From NCBI GenBank assembly GCA_028534125.1, contig CM052820.1, positions 3,844,001 through 3,908,000 on the forward strand: 64,000 nucleotides of DNA, given 5' to 3'. The position numbers were made by a program, and so were the translations under genes. The number at the start of each line of letters is the position of its first letter. Positions within the stretch are counted from its first letter, which is position 1. The stretch comes from Lama glama (lineage: Eukaryota). Of this stretch, positions 26,340 through 40,075 are shown piece by piece. A model generated the notes under the pieces. That model searched no databases. It saw nothing but the letters and a program-made list of their open reading frames with translations, and was not told the DNA's origin.

Positions 26340-27140
26340 TTTCTCTTTTTCATCACAGTCAGGCTTCCTGAAGCGTCGTCCACACGCGCCGCCCCCTCCT
26401 GCTCATTTGCCAGCAGCCTGTAACCTGTCTTCCTCCGAGTCTTCCCCGACATCATCAGCGACCTCGCTCGCGGTGCCCTGAAGCACTGGGTACTTTTTAG
26501 TGCTTTTCCTGTTTGGTCTCCTTTGACAAGCCAAGTTCTCTTTCCTGTGTGATGACACAGTCTCTCAGTTCTTCCCCTGTACCCTGGTCCTGTTTCTCCA
26601 TTTTCTCCACGGGCTCTTCCCTGTTCACCCGTTCTTTGGACATTCGAGTTTCTCAGATGCCGTCCCAGCCCCGTGATCTCATTCCGTGCAGTTCCTCGAT
26701 CTCAGACACTCTGTGTCTTCAGCTTCCATTTCTGTGTAAATGACCCCTCAGCATTCACCTTCAGCCCAGGTCTGCCTCATGGATGCAAACATCCACCAGT
26801 CGGCTTGCTCTGGATGTTCCACAGGCTCCTCAAACTCAGCCCGTCTAAAACCACACTCACTATCTTCTGCTTCGAAGAAGCTGACCAAGCCGGAAGCCTC
26901 AGCCCCACTCCTTCTTCCTCCATCTCCCTCATCCTCCACATCTCATCCACCCATCGGTACCACCCACCCGACTCCCGTAAAGTCGCTCAGCAGGTCCTCT
27001 TCTCCCCCTTCCTGGAGCCACACGCCCACCAGGCTCCCGCTTGGATCACTCAACTACCCGCCTTCTATCAGGGCTCCCGGTCCCTCCGATCAGCCTCCAT
27101 TCTGCAGCCGGAATGATGATGCCGAAGTTCGTATTTGAGC
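26340..27140 (+). mobile_element. L2 LINE fragment
   Basis: L2 motif tggatgttccacaggctcctcaaactcagcccgtctaaaaccacactc; pyrimidine-rich strand. Confidence 0.7.
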
Positions 27141-30100
27141 ACCGCTAGTAAAATCTGGACCAGTGACTGAGGACTGCCACCCATCACAAGGCAAGGCTTC
27201 CAGAGGGAGGAGTTAGAAAGGAAGGTGGAGAGAGAGGCCTGAAGAGGGGATGGTTCTGACCCTCTCTGGGCACAGGTGGAAATATGGCCAAGAACGCAGT
27301 GTTCTCTCCCTCTGCCCGCGTCACGGTGCGGTGTCTCTAAGCCGCTGCCTTCCTGAAATGGATCGTAACAGCTGAAGCCATCAGAGCCAGTGCCACTGGG
27401 CAGCGGCCACAAAAGACTGGCCTGCAACAGGTGGGTCACCTCTGGGGAACCTGCCTGGTGCCCACCCCACTCAGTCAGGGGAGAAAAACCACAACCTTGG
27501 GCTACAATGAGACGGCGAGTCCCCCCCCAGAGATCACAGTACGATCTGATTACAAACATTCCTCTCCAGTGTTTTGAGTAAACAGCTAATATACTCTTAG
27601 CTGGAAAATTATTTTGCTCATAAATTATTTCAGATTTTAATTTTCCCCTTTTCTGGTTATGCCGCCTCCCTTCATTGACTTTCTCATTTCAAAAAGAAGT
27701 TCATAATTCTTTCTAAGTTCCTCTCATCCTGTGCGGGTGACATCTATTTCGGAGTGGAAATCGAGCTACAGAAATGCCTTTCAAATGACGATAATCTGCG
27801 AATAAGGAGGCATTTCATGTGTGGAAACACAAACCACCCCCTCCCCAGGGACTCCCGGGTGGGAGGCAGCAGCATCTTTGCCTCGGGTTTCCCTAGAGTA
27901 GTGGTTCTTAATGGGGTGGAAGTGGAACCACTGGGGAAACTGGGGTGAAACAAACCTTCCCTCCCCAGGAGCCCATTCTCAGAGCGTGGGGCCTCGCCCC
28001 TCCAATGATGTGTCTCGCTGGGTCTGTAAGTGGTCCAGGGGACACCGATGAACAATCTCTGAGAATCACCTAGAGAACAGGCCACCAGGCTCTACTGGAC
28101 CAAATGCGCCCGAATACCCCGTGGATGGTATGGACGTGCATCCGTACGTGTGCAGACGTGAAGAGAGGTGCCTCCGGGATGGAAGCCACTGGTGCAAAGG
28201 CTTTTCTGGAGCCCCTTGTGCAATATTAAGTGGAAAAGAACTAACCGCCTTGTGTTCTCAGACACCTCATTTCAGACCCATCCTACTGTTTGCAGGCTTT
28301 TTCCACAAAAGATCGCTTCACGCCAAATGCAGACAAATCCATGGGGAGAGACATGCCACGGCCACGTGCTGACTTCTGACATCTAGTCCTCCGTCACACT
28401 ATATCCAACGTGGCTAATTTCCTAAGTTCTGAAACACCGACAGTGTGTCCTTTAAATAAACCCCTTGTTCCCTGGAGGTGGCCTAAAGAATGGCTTCATA
28501 TTTCAAACTTAAATTCCTGAAGGGCTAAATTTCACCAGGAAGTCTTGGAAACTGGATTTTCACTATGAGCACCCCCGACCCCCCTCCCCCAAAACCACTG
28601 TGTTCATTTCTAATTTGTGCTTTAAAAAAAAAGTAATCAATTAGATTCCGAGAGAAAAGGCTTCATGTTCACTGAATGTCATCTATGGAAAATACTCACA
28701 AGATGAGGATGGAGGATATAAAATGCAGAACCGAGTGACTGTTCCCCTCCCCCCCCGCCCCCCCATGTCACAGCACACAGCACACAGCAGAGCCCTGTAC
28801 ACCCTGGGGCTCCCGAGACAGGCCTGGCTTTCCTGCTAGGCTGTGAGCCCCCAGAGGGCAGCCTGTCTCTCGTTCAAAGCCCTTTTCTGTTTGTAACTAG
28901 TGAGGGTGACTACCAGGTACACGGGTCAGCGAATGCCTCCTGAAATGATTTCAAGTCAATTTGATCATCTTGTAATATTCTGGCACAAACTATTTTGAAT
29001 TCATTAAGTTTTCTAAACACGTACCCATGGGAAGAACTGCAAGAACGAACATTTCAGAAAGCACGACTCCTGCTCCCGCTCCCCACTGTAAGAAGTGCTG
29101 GAGAAAATAGTTTCTTTTTTGCTTTTAATAAAATTATTTTGAAGGCAAATATTCACCACTGGCGCCTGTTGAGCATCCACAGTACCATTTAAGGACACGC
29201 GTCAGATGGCTCAGCTGTCGGTTAAACGTGCCACCCAAGCACTGCAGGTCTGTGAGATGTCTCTGTCACTCCATCCTAACCATCCACTTAACGCCCGTAT
29301 CGTCCACCTGCCACTTTTATGCTTACTTGCACTTTCTCCCTTTCTCTGAAATTAAGGGCAATACACTTATTGAGGAGAAAGGAGACGCTCCTCCTATATG
29401 TAATCACCATGGTCTAATAAAGTTGAATAGATGGTGTCTACATATATATTTACTTCAACGTGAACACAGAAATGGTGAGGGTAGTGGCTGTATCTCCTGA
29501 GCCGTGAGTAAGTGCCACCTGCTTTACAGAGGTGATCCAGTATCTTAATCCACCCAGCAACTCTGGAAGGGGGCTGTTCTGTCAAGTCCATCCTCCACCC
29601 GAGCTGCCTGAGAGCTGGAGGGAGGCTGGAGGTCTGTCCGAGGGGCACAGCTGGGAAGCAGGGTTTCATTCCAAAGCCCGGATCGTTGCACCTTCCAGGA
29701 GGTCCTGCCCCTGGACATCGGTGTCCGGGCTCATGCCAGTTGTGTATTTTGATCCTTTCTATTAAATGCTCCATCTCAGTAAACACTTACTAGTACCTTT
29801 TTGTTTTAATATAATGCTTTTATCACATCCAACCTGAGTTATCCTCAAAAGCCTTGAACACATGACCCATCCGCCTGCCCAGCGCAGGACCTCCAGTTTA
29901 CAGCAGCACCTGAGACGCGTGTGGACGTAACCGTGGAAATTAGCGTTCGCTGGTGCAACACGTTTCTTCGCTTCATTTTTGGTGCTCAGCATCCGCCTTG
30001 CCTTGGCTCCATTTCTCTGTCCCTTAGCTCTACGCACGAAGGCAGCTTCAGTGAGAACCCCAAGGGGCTTGCTTCTTCTGGAGCCGTTAGGATGCAGACA

Positions 30101-30633
30101 GGCCCGTCTTAGCGAGGCAGGGGGCCGCCTTCATCATCTCCCTGCAAAGTCAATGAGCCCTGAGCTTCTGGAGTCGCCCATGTAAACTCGTTAATTTTCA
30201 GTGCAGGCTCTTAAAAACAGGATGCGTCTCAACCTGGTTTGAAATCTGAGAACCCCAGAGGGAAAAAAGCATGATGGACAACAGGTGTCGTACTTCTGGC
30301 CAAGGCCTTGCTGCAAGCTGGCTGAATCTGAAGCATGATCTGAGTTTTGCGGCAACCCTGGTATTCCCGTGGGCACTGGACGCGCTCCCCATGGGCCCGC
30401 CTCTTTGTCCCTAACGGATTCCTCAGGTCACCAGCACCAGCACTCTGGGCTGCCTGCTGCAGCCCTCCCACCGGACTGTTAATCATTCGATATGGCTTGA
30501 TCACTGTACCTTTACCGAAGAATTAAGGTAACAGGAAATTTACGACAGTATTTAGAGCATCAAAAGTTTGCTTCCTTCAGAAACCGGCTGAAGGGCTTTA
30601 GCGGCTTGCTGTTTAGTTTACTCTTTTGATTGC

Positions 30634-30853
30634 NNNNNNNNNNNNNNNNNNNNNNNNNNNNNNNNNNNNNNNNNNNNNNNNNNNNNNNNNNNNNNNNNNN
30701 NNNNNNNNNNNNNNNNNNNNNNNNNNNNNNNNNNNNNNNNNNNNNNNNNNNNNNNNNNNNNNNNNNNNNNNNNNNNNNNNNNNNNNNNNNNNNNNNNNNN
30801 NNNNNNNNNNNNNNNNNNNNNNNNNNNNNNNNNNNNNNNNNNNNNNNNNNNNN
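30634..30853. other. N-run, 220 bp
   Basis: Run of N. Confidence 0.99.
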
Positions 30854-31249
30854 TACAAAGTATGGCGGAATCCCCAAAATGTCTTTACAATGTATTAATA
30901 ATCACGGTGACAGTCGGGGCTTCTGCAGCCACTGGCTGGCTGTTCTCAGCCTCCTCCTTCGTCCTCCTGAGACGCGGAGGCTTAGTCACTCCATCTCACC
31001 TTCGTCTTCCTTACATACTGATTAGTTACGAGGTTTAATGGGATGGGAACTTTCTGCAACTGAGACATGACCTTGCTTCAACCTGCCAGCGGGGCTGGGC
31101 GTCAAGGACCCAGAGTCCTCGGGGAACTCATGCCCGTCGGGGGAGCCAGGTATGCACCAGCCACCCCTCCCATAAGAGGAAGTGGACACAGGGCACCAGG
31201 CAACTTGCTAAAGGACCTGGGCGGGGGTGGAGGTGGAGATCTGTGCCTC

Positions 31250-31700
31250 AGATAAACATGGAAGGTTTCAAAGGGGAGGGGCTGCACGAACAGCATCTTA
31301 AGGATGAGCAGGTCAAAAACCAGATCAGGCAGATGAAGCAACAGGCTCCAGGCTGAAGCACCTCTCCGTGGACGTGCGGCGATGCCAGACACACGGCACA
31401 CTTGGAAACCGGAAAGCTTCAGGGGGCGGCGGGAGCTCGTCGGAGGCTGCAGGAAACCACACGAGGGCTGGGTGGCGGAGCAGGGCGCCCACCCTGCCAA
31501 GGGCTTGGCCGAGTTGGCGCGACAGTGGGGAGCCACTGAGGATTCTAAGTAAGGGGTGACAGAATCTAACTGGCATTTTCTGAAAGCAGTCTTTGGCCTC
31601 AGCGTGGGTCAGGGATGGAGGAGGGACATGCTGGGGAAGGCTGTCCTGCAATCCAGGAGGGCAGCGGGAGTGAGGGGAAAGGACGTGGAGTGGACATGGG
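31250..31700 (-). mobile_element. L2 LINE fragment
   Basis: ggggagccactgaggattctaagtaaggggtgacagaatctaactggcattttctgaaag resembles the antisense L2 motif. Confidence 0.65.
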
Positions 31701-33699
31701 AGGCAGGAAGGGTGTCACAGGGTTTAAGTTAGAGTCTTCCTGGTCTAATTTCTGAAAGTCATGACTATTCGCTGCAACTGAGGAATCAAATGTTCTCGAG
31801 ATATCACGCAAAAGATTCTGCCCCGCTTGCCTGGAGGGAGTCCGACGGCTCCCCCGCGTGGTCCCGGCAGCAGACCCCCCGGCTCCGCCCGCGGCCCGGG
31901 ATGGAGCCTCCGCTCCCGCCAGCTGCCCATCCGCTGTAGTGTCTTTCCCTCTCCAGTGACCTTTTACTCAAATGGCATTTTCCTGCCCTCTCGTGGGGAC
32001 CTCCTGCATAATGGTCTGCTAAGTGAACGACTGGCAAACACGAATGAGAACTCCAGCCGACAGTGCCCCCCGAAGCTGACATTCCAGATAAAACATTTTC
32101 CCAAGGCAGGCACAGGATACGTGAGTTAAGACGTGGTAACGATGCGTTCGGCTTCGGGGAACTGTGGGAGCCCCACCTTCCTGATGCTCGTGGGCTTGGC
32201 ACCGCTCAGCATGGTCACCCCCAGCCCGCCCTCGCCAGGTCAGGTTAGAGGTCAGGGTGGGAGTGGACTTGACACAGCAACACCTCCCTCGGCTGGTCCA
32301 GGCCCTTTCCCATGGAGAGGCCAACAATGGCCAAGGGGCCAATGCCCCTTTAAAACACCAGGATGGTGTTTAAAAAAAAATACATGTTGTGCCAAGTAGC
32401 AGATCAGGAACTCACTGCAGTGGGTGCAAGGAACACTTTTTAAAAAACAGCACAGAGGAGAGCAGGTTGGAGGGCAACACACAATATTCCACAGGACCTT
32501 CGTTTCAATCACGCACGTACGTGCACACCCCCCCACACACACACACACTGTGTCGCAGCGTGAGGTGTATTTCTCATTCTGTGTTGTGGCCAGCGGATTC
32601 TGAAACACGGCGAGACAGCTGGTAAAAGGTCTGTGGCCACTTCTGTGACGATCACAGCAAATAAACGCGGCCCAAGGGAGCTCACAGTCGCTTGCTCTGA
32701 TACGCTCTGGAAAGTTGAAGGCACGTGGAAGTGTAACAGGAGGACGTCACTGAAGCCTCTGACAGGAACTCATCCGAAAAAGCAGGAGGCTGAGTTTACA
32801 AACCAGCCCTCTGTGAAGCCGTGACCTCGGGCGGGGCCGCGCGCCACCGGACTGGCTAGCACTTGCCTGTCAGGAGCCCAAGGCACAAGCGCAGGAACCA
32901 CAGGGAGATGCTCTGCTGAGCGCCACCCTGGGGCTGTTCCTGTCAGTGCCTCTCGGGGTCCTCGGGCACAGGCTGCTGCCTCCCTGTCGCTCTTGCTTCT
33001 AACCTGACACCGCCCAGGGCTTGGCCATCAGACTCCTGCAGACCAGGTCTTCAGGGCCTCTACCCAAGCACGATCATTTCTGCTGAGCTGTGGAGACCCC
33101 AGAAGGCCTCAGCCACGACCCAGAGGGACCCAGAAGACGCCGTGGCCAGATCGTGCCCCACTGTCATCCATCCCTGTCCTCTCAGCCACTTCCCACGGTG
33201 TGAGCCCCCAGTGCTGGCCCCCGGGCACCCTGGCCCAGCGCCCGTGAGCCTGTGGCCTGACACCACTTCTGCACAGGTCCCGCTGGTCTCTCCCCGACTC
33301 AGGACTCAGCAAAGACCACACAACAGTCTGAGTAGACTGGCCTCAGCGCCCAGCCCGCGGTAAGCTCTCCAGAACCACGGGTATTGATGTTACTTTACTG
33401 TCTTACATTCTCCACAGAAGAGTCTCCCCAGTTCACCCCATGGAAAACCCACAGGCTTCGCTGACAGTGGCGCCCGCACCCCCCGCCCCCGTTCCTTGTG
33501 GACAGAAGGAGGTGGGGCAGCCCGGGCTTCACTCCACAGTGCCTCCTGCAAACCATTCCTGCCCACCGTCTATAAAAGCCCCTCCTTTTGAAGGAGCTCT
33601 CCGTCCTGACCCCAAAGCTTAGTTCTAAACCTGCAGAAGGTGACCTGGTGGGGTGCGGCCGGACACATCCCGTCCCGAGACACTGCAGTTTACCTAACA

Positions 33700-34345
33700 C
33701 GGAAACTCAGCTCAGTCGAGGAGGGATAACGCCATCAGCCAACAGAAGAGCAGAACGACCTGGAAGAGCCGAACAGCGAAGCAGCGAGCGGAGGAGACCG
33801 TCCAAGCACAAGTAACAAAGGAGGCAACACAAGGTGAGGAAGATTCTAGTCCGGAATTTTTGAAAATCTTCTCCACGCCAAAAGTTACTGCAAATAAAAC
33901 TGAAGTCAAAAGGTAAATGAGGAATGCACAGAACGTATATAAAAGCAAAGGGCTAACACGCTTAGTGCACAGTGAGGACTAACAGGCCAGTGAAGAAGGT
34001 ACAGCGGAGAAGGCAGCCAACACTACCTCAGGTTCCTCACACAGAACTACCCACGTAGCCAGTAAATGTGCTTTTAAAAACTGATAGTAAATAAAGACAG
34101 TTTGTTTTTAAAACAGTAGGATGCAAATCTAAAAAACTCATAAAGACTAAAAAACACTCAAATGTATATACATACACGTACACCCCCACCAAACGCAGAA
34201 CAAAGTATGTAGGAATATCACTTGTAGAAGAGTCAATTTGTGTATTTTTTTCCAGAGGACAGTTTGGAAATACAAACCTGAAGCCTTAAATTCCTATATC
34301 CTTTGACAAAGTAGATCTACTGTTAGAAACATTTCCTAGGAAAAT
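33700..34345 (+). mobile_element. Old L1 (L1ME-like) fragments
   Basis: A-rich strand; aggacagtttggaaat...atcctttgacaaagtagatctactgttagaaacatttcctaggaaaat. Confidence 0.55.
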
Positions 34346-34533
34346 GGGGGAGAATCAGCATAAAAAGGATCTGGCTCCCCGGTGTCACTGCAACCCTTCT
34401 GCCCTCCAGTAACAGGACCGGGGGTTCCATGCAGGTGACGCCTGGGAGATGCCTCCGAGGCGCAAAGGCTGGAAACCACAAGGAGGCTCCAAATGCCCTG
34501 CACAGTGTAAGGCACGTTCAGAGACAAACCTGC

Positions 34534-34660
34534 TTCATTCCACTCATTCATTCATTTATTCACTCATTTGAGAAACATTATTGAGCACCTATTATGATAT
34601 TAACTGAAACTAAGAGTCAAGGTTTCTTCTGTCATGGAGCCCAGAGCAGGTGGGACCAAC
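34534..34660 (-). mobile_element. L2 3' tail
   Basis: (cattc)n followed by aaacattattgagcacctatt. Confidence 0.75.
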
Positions 34661-34952
34661 CAGGTGGCATGCGCGCTCTAGGGAGGACCAGGGTGACAGG
34701 GGTAGGAGCAAGGGGAGCCGCAGGGAGTGGGGGCGGGCGGGTGAGAAGAGGGTCCCAGAGACAGTGAACTTGAACAGGAGTCTGAACAAACGTGGTAACC
34801 ACTGCAAGCTCAGAGTCACGGCATCATGGGCGACGTTTCTTTTCCTTTTGTCCATGTATGTTTTCTAATTTTACTACAACGAGCATGTATTACTTTTTTC
34901 CTTTAGTTTACAAAACAGTTCCATCGAGGCACCACTCCCCCCCCGCCCCCTC

Positions 34953-35016
34953 TTCTGGCCCCTGTGGCTCCTCCCCTCCCCCCCAATTCTGGCCCCTGTG
35001 GCTCCTCCCCCTCCCC
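34953..35016. repeat. Tandem duplication, unit about 34 bp
   Basis: ttctggcccctgtggctcctcccc occurs at 34953 and 34987. Confidence 0.8.
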
Positions 35017-35984
35017 AGGCATCCTGGGCTTTCTTTCAGCTCCATTCCTGCCAGGCAGCCACCCACACCCGAGCGGCCCCTTTCTGGCTTCCCTCCACCC
35101 TTCAAGCCTCACGCTGTGCTCCTGCGGACGCCCTCACCTGGGCTGCAGGTCGAGGGCCCTCCTGCGTGGCCGCTCCAGCCCAGAATCCACACACCCAGCA
35201 GCCTGCAACAAGCTTCCACCTTCCCTCCAAAGACACCTGCTCTCTGGCTTCCTTGTTCTCTTCTGCTGCTTCCCCAGCCCATCAGCCCTTCCAGCCTCAC
35301 TTCCTCGTGATGCAGTCCGTGCCTCGGGAGTCAGACGTGCTGTGGTCTGACAGCAAAGGAGAGCTTGCCTTGTGGGGAGGGGCGGCTTCCCATCCTGTGC
35401 CCACGAAGGAGGTGGGAGAGCCAGCCTCTCCCTGGAAACTGATCGAGTCGTGTGCTGGCTGCCTAACCGCCTTCTTATCCAGGGACTGGATGCCCTCCCC
35501 CAAGGCTCACCGGGGCTCCGTCTGCACCTGGTTACTCCAGGCAACAAACACAGAAGCAAACAGGCGATCGATTACTCCCCCAGCTGTTAATTACAGATGT
35601 TGACACTGACACGGGACAGGGAGAATTATTATTCATAAGAACTTTTACACAGTCCTGAATGCTTACTAGTCTTATTAATTGGAATTTTAGAATGTCTACA
35701 ATATTTAACGTATAAAATGTTTCACCCATTCTCAATTTAATACAATGTATAAAGTACTTATAAAAATTATACGTGCTTCTGAGCAACTATGCAATCAAGA
35801 GTTAATGATTTTGAGGATGTGTTTACACACAGCCTATAATGGTTGAAAAGTAAGCAATAATCTTACCAAACTGTAAAGAAAATGCTAACGAAACGCTCAC
35901 GATCAAAATGAAAGAGCACCTCAATAATGACGGCAGGGGGCGCTGCAGGGTAGTTACTAGAAGTGGAGGGGGAGGCGATCAGGA

Positions 35985-36935
35985 GAACAAGAAGGCAAGC
36001 CTCAGGCTGGAGAAATTATCTGCAAAAGACACATCTGATAAAGGAACGCTACCCAAACGACAAAGAACTCTTAAAATCAACAAATGAGAAAGCAAACCAC
36101 CCAAATGAAGAATGAGCTGAAGATCTGAACAGAAACCTCACCGAAGATCTACAAATGGCAGGTAAGCACGTGGGAAGACACTCAACTCCACAGGTCATTG
36201 AGGAATTAATTACAAACTGAACGACGACACCTGTTAGGACAGCCAAACTCTGAGACACGGACAGCATCAAAGGCTGGCAAGGCTGTGAAGCAACAGGAAC
36301 TGCCCTTCACTGCTGGTGGGACTGCAACACGGTACGGCTACATTGGAACAGCCTGTCGATTTCTCATGAAACTAAAAATACTCTTATGATACAATCTAGC
36401 AGTCTCCTTGGTATTTGAGCAAATGAGTTGAAAACTTGTGTCCACACCAAAACCTGCACAAAGGTTTACAGCAGCTTTATCCCAAATGCCACAACTTGGA
36501 AGTAACCAAGATGTCCTTCAACAGATGAACGGACAAAGTACGTTACATCCAGACAATGTCACATCATTCAGTGCTAAAAAGAAACGAGCTATCAAACAAC
36601 GAACAGGCATGGAGGAACCTTAAATGCATATTACTAAGCAAAAGCAGCAAATGTGAAAAGGCTAAACACTGTGGTTCCAACTCAACGACATCCTGGAAAA
36701 GGCAAAAGCACAGGGACAATAAAAAGATCAGCGGTTGCCAGCAGCTGAGCAGCTGGAGCACGGAGGGTTTTTACAGCAGTGAAACCATTGGATGTGATGC
36801 TGTAATGATGGACACGTCACTGTGCACCTGTCCGAAAAACAGGATGCACAACACCAAGAATGAAGAGCAGTGTGAGTATGGACTCTGGGCGACAATGGTG
36901 TGTCCGTGCAGGTGCGCTGGTTGTCACCAATGTTC
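35985..36935 (+). mobile_element. L1MC1-like LINE (ORF2 end plus 3' UTR)
   Basis: catctgataaagga, aaagaactcttaaaatcaaca, aaatgagttgaaaacttgtgtccacac, cagtgaaaccatt, acaacaccaagaatgaa, tatggactctggg. Confidence 0.85.
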
Positions 36936-37779
36936 TGTAATAAATGCACGAGATGCCAGCCTCACAGAACCGCTCCGGAGCCCACCTCCCAGGGCTACAG
37001 TTCTCATCGGCATCTCATCAGGAGTCCCCACCCCTATTTCGTTATGGGCACCTGACTCCTGAGCTTGTAAGTGTTAACTGCTGGACCCCCCGAGGGCTCT
37101 GTGAGAACAATGTGCCTGTTAAAAGCAGTCAATGTAAGATAAGTGATTAAAAAATACCAAGGGAGAAACGTTTTTTAAATACCTTTAACAACCTGCTGCA
37201 AGGTAAGTTGTCCAGGAGTGGCTGGTTAAGGCTGCGGCTTCGCACACTAGGGGCCAGAAGGCCTTCCCGGGCTCACGGGGGGACCTGAACCCCGCCAACC
37301 CCACACAGCACAGCTCCCCTCCAGAAAGGAGCCCCGAGTCCCTGTGACCTCAAAGGCATCCAACAAACAGCGTCCAGCACGCCATGGCTTCTGACCTGTG
37401 AATGTCCCCGATGGGCACCACCCCGTGGGAAGGACACTCTATTAGCAGGTCCCCGAGTTAGCCAGTGCGCACTGAAATGAGCACTCGGAGAACCAGGGAG
37501 TGGCTCCGACGGCTCTGCTGCCCGGATGGTCAGAACACTGCCTGGGCTCGTCTGGACTCGAGGGAGGACGATGCTCGTGGTGATGGACAGCATGGACTCC
37601 CCATAGAGATCACAAAGAGCAAAGAACCGTTCAATCTATGAAACACTTAAGACACCTTGTTAAATGCAACTAACTTAACTACACATACCGATGCTGTCTG
37701 GTCACCAAGACGGCCGACTCCAGTCCCACCGCCCCTGGTGTTGTCAAGGAAGTCCGCGGAGCCCAGTCCCTCCTCGTCC

Positions 37780-38070
37780 ACACCCTCTGTGGGCCTCCCT
37801 GCCACGTCCTCACTGCTCTTTCCTGGGTCGGATCGTGACCGCCTTGCACTGGGATCGCGGCCTTGGGCCCCTGCCCCTCTGTGCCTTCCAGGATGGGAAG
37901 TACAGTGGCCGCCATCGGGCTCTGCTGTACGTGGTCCTGCCCCCAGTCTTCCTCCTACTGTTTCTGGACAAAGTGACCAGGTACGTCTGTCACCACAGTT
38001 TACTTGTCGTTTCCTGAACCCCCTCCGCCTCCCCCCGACAGCATCCTCCATGGCCTGTGTCCGTGCTGCC
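37780..38070 (-). mobile_element. Possible highly diverged L1 ORF1 fragment
   Basis: tcctgcccccagtcttcctcctactgtttctgga resembles antisense old L1 ORF1; weak match. Confidence 0.35.
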
Positions 38071-38669
38071 TACCCTGGCCCCTGCAGGGGGACGCAGTCA
38101 CCTCACACCTCCTGGAAGAGTGTGTCTGGCTCTGTCAGCACTTCCCAGGGGCTCTAGCTTTCCACCCTTCATCCTGCAAACTCCTCAGGGCCCAAGGGAG
38201 CCTCCTGTCCACCTGTGTTTACCGCACAGCCCAGGGCAAAAGTGGCTACACGCCACCGCCAGGACAGATGCGGCTGTCACGCTGGCAGATCAAGCACAGT
38301 CTGAAAAATTAAAAGGTATTTATCATCAACACTAAGAAAAAAAAATGCTTGGCCCAGCATGTCCTCAAATGGTCACCCAGTGACACCCGGTGACCTCCAA
38401 GTAATGCGTGGACGGTCTGGGAAGGCAGTCCAGGAAACGGGAGGCGTGTGGGAGCTGCCGGAGGTCTCACCTTGACCTTCCACTCCCAGGGATCAGGCTC
38501 TCAAGTGAACACGTGCCCCCATTCTACCCCAGACTTCCGACTCCCAAAGTTAACCGTCAGAGGCACACGCACCACCCCACTGGGCAGTGCCTCGCTCGGT
38601 CTCCCAGGTTCTTCCAGGACAAACATGATTCTTGGGAAGCCCCAGAGAATGCAGAAGTCTCAGCGTTTA

Positions 38670-38778
38670 CCGTTCCCAAGCTGTGTGACACTGAACAAGG
38701 GCCTTAACTTCTCTGAGCACTTACTCTGTCTAAAATGGGGATGATACCGTTACCTCCACAAGGAGGTTGTGAGACTTG
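38670..38778 (+). mobile_element. MIR SINE
   Basis: agctgtgtgacactgaacaagggccttaacttctctgagc...taaaatggggatgata...aggttgtgaga. Confidence 0.8.
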
Positions 38779-38784
38779 AAATTT

Positions 38785-38898
38785 TTCATTCAAAAAATAT
38801 TTGAGAGCCTACTGCTTTAGGGGCTGGGATACACCAATGGCCAAAAAGATTGAAAAAAAAAAAAAGAATTCTGACCTCAAGGCATTTACTTCTATGGG
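38785..38898 (-). mobile_element. L2 3' tail
   Basis: ttcattcaaaaaatatttgagagcctact...gggctgggataca. Confidence 0.6.
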
Positions 38899-39879
38899 CT
38901 GACCCCTAGCAGGTAAGTTGAGGGCCCGGCCCACAGTGACACCCAGCCTGGGTTAGCTTTTATTTCATTATCCACGAAATATTTCCTCCTCTAGCAAATC
39001 GTGTGCCCAAGAAGGTACCTGCTCATTCGTTCCCAGAAACCTGAGAACTTGCCAGAAAACACTTGTCCCCAGAAAAGCAAAATCCAGGACTCGATCCAAA
39101 CTCACCTTTCTTTGGGGTACTTGTCGTAATTCTGTCAAAACACACCCCCTTCCTCTGTAAATACGACCTCGTGTCATCAGGCCCCAGAGTGGCCCAGAGA
39201 AGCTTCGGTCACCGGGCGGCCTGAGCTCAGCAGGAACCCTTCCAGGCCCACCTGCTCCAAACCTCTGGCAGCAAACCTCGAAGCTTCTCCGCACAGCCTG
39301 CCCCCCAGACGCCAGCAAGTCCCCAGCCGGCCCTGTGCAGTCGGCGTGGGAGGCAGGCACCTGGCCATCCGTGAGGCTGGCCGTGCTTCCAAAAGATCCT
39401 GGGATATTTTTGAGGGCAGGTAAATGATGGTTAAGGGAAATCCTCCATGACAAACCTGAGAAGTGTAATCCAACCTCTCCAACAGGACTGAGCGACATGA
39501 CTGGGGGTGTGACTGTCAGAGCCGGCAGCCAGCGTGACACCCACTTCACAGCTCACAGGCAGCAGAGGGAGGGGGTCAGGGCCCTGGGCACCCCGTCTTC
39601 AGAGGGCCAGGCCACGGCAGTGTCCTGACAGACCAAAGAACTTCTAGAAGTCACTGATAAGGCTCATAAGTGTATCAAAATGTCATCTACCCAGTGTGAA
39701 CCATTAAAAATTATTAGTACAAGTATTAGTGGAAATAGTCATTAAAGTGCAGAAATAGCACGAGAAATACCGTGGAGAAACAGTCCTCACCTTGGAGCTG
39801 CAGGGCCAGCACTGACTTCCTGCTCCAAACCCTCGAGCCTCGTGTGGCAGGAGACGCACCTACGGTCTCAACCCAAGGA

Positions 39880-40075
39880 GCTCGGGTCCGAGCCCTGGGG
39901 AGCCCCGGGCACTTGGGTCTGAGCCCTGGTGAGCCCTGGTGAGCCCCGGATGCTCAGGTCCGAGCCCTGGGGAGCCCCGGGTGCTCGGGTCCGAGCCCTG
40001 GGGAGCCCCGGACGCTCGGGTCTGAGCCCTGGTGAGCCCCGGGCGCTCTGGTCCGAGCCCTGGGGAGTCCCGGGG
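39880..40075. repeat. GC-rich minisatellite, 31-bp unit x6
   Basis: Consensus GCTCGGGTCCGAGCCCTGGGGAGCCCCGGGC; units start at 39880, 39911 (41 bp), 39952, 39983, 40014, 40045. Confidence 0.95.

Noticed and set aside
36556-37062. 168-aa ORF
   Set aside because: Lies largely in a decayed L1MC-type 3' UTR.
39880-40075. CRISPR-like array (31-bp partly palindromic repeats)
   Set aside because: Units are head-to-tail with no unique spacers, there are no cas genes, and the context is a mammalian intron; it is a minisatellite.
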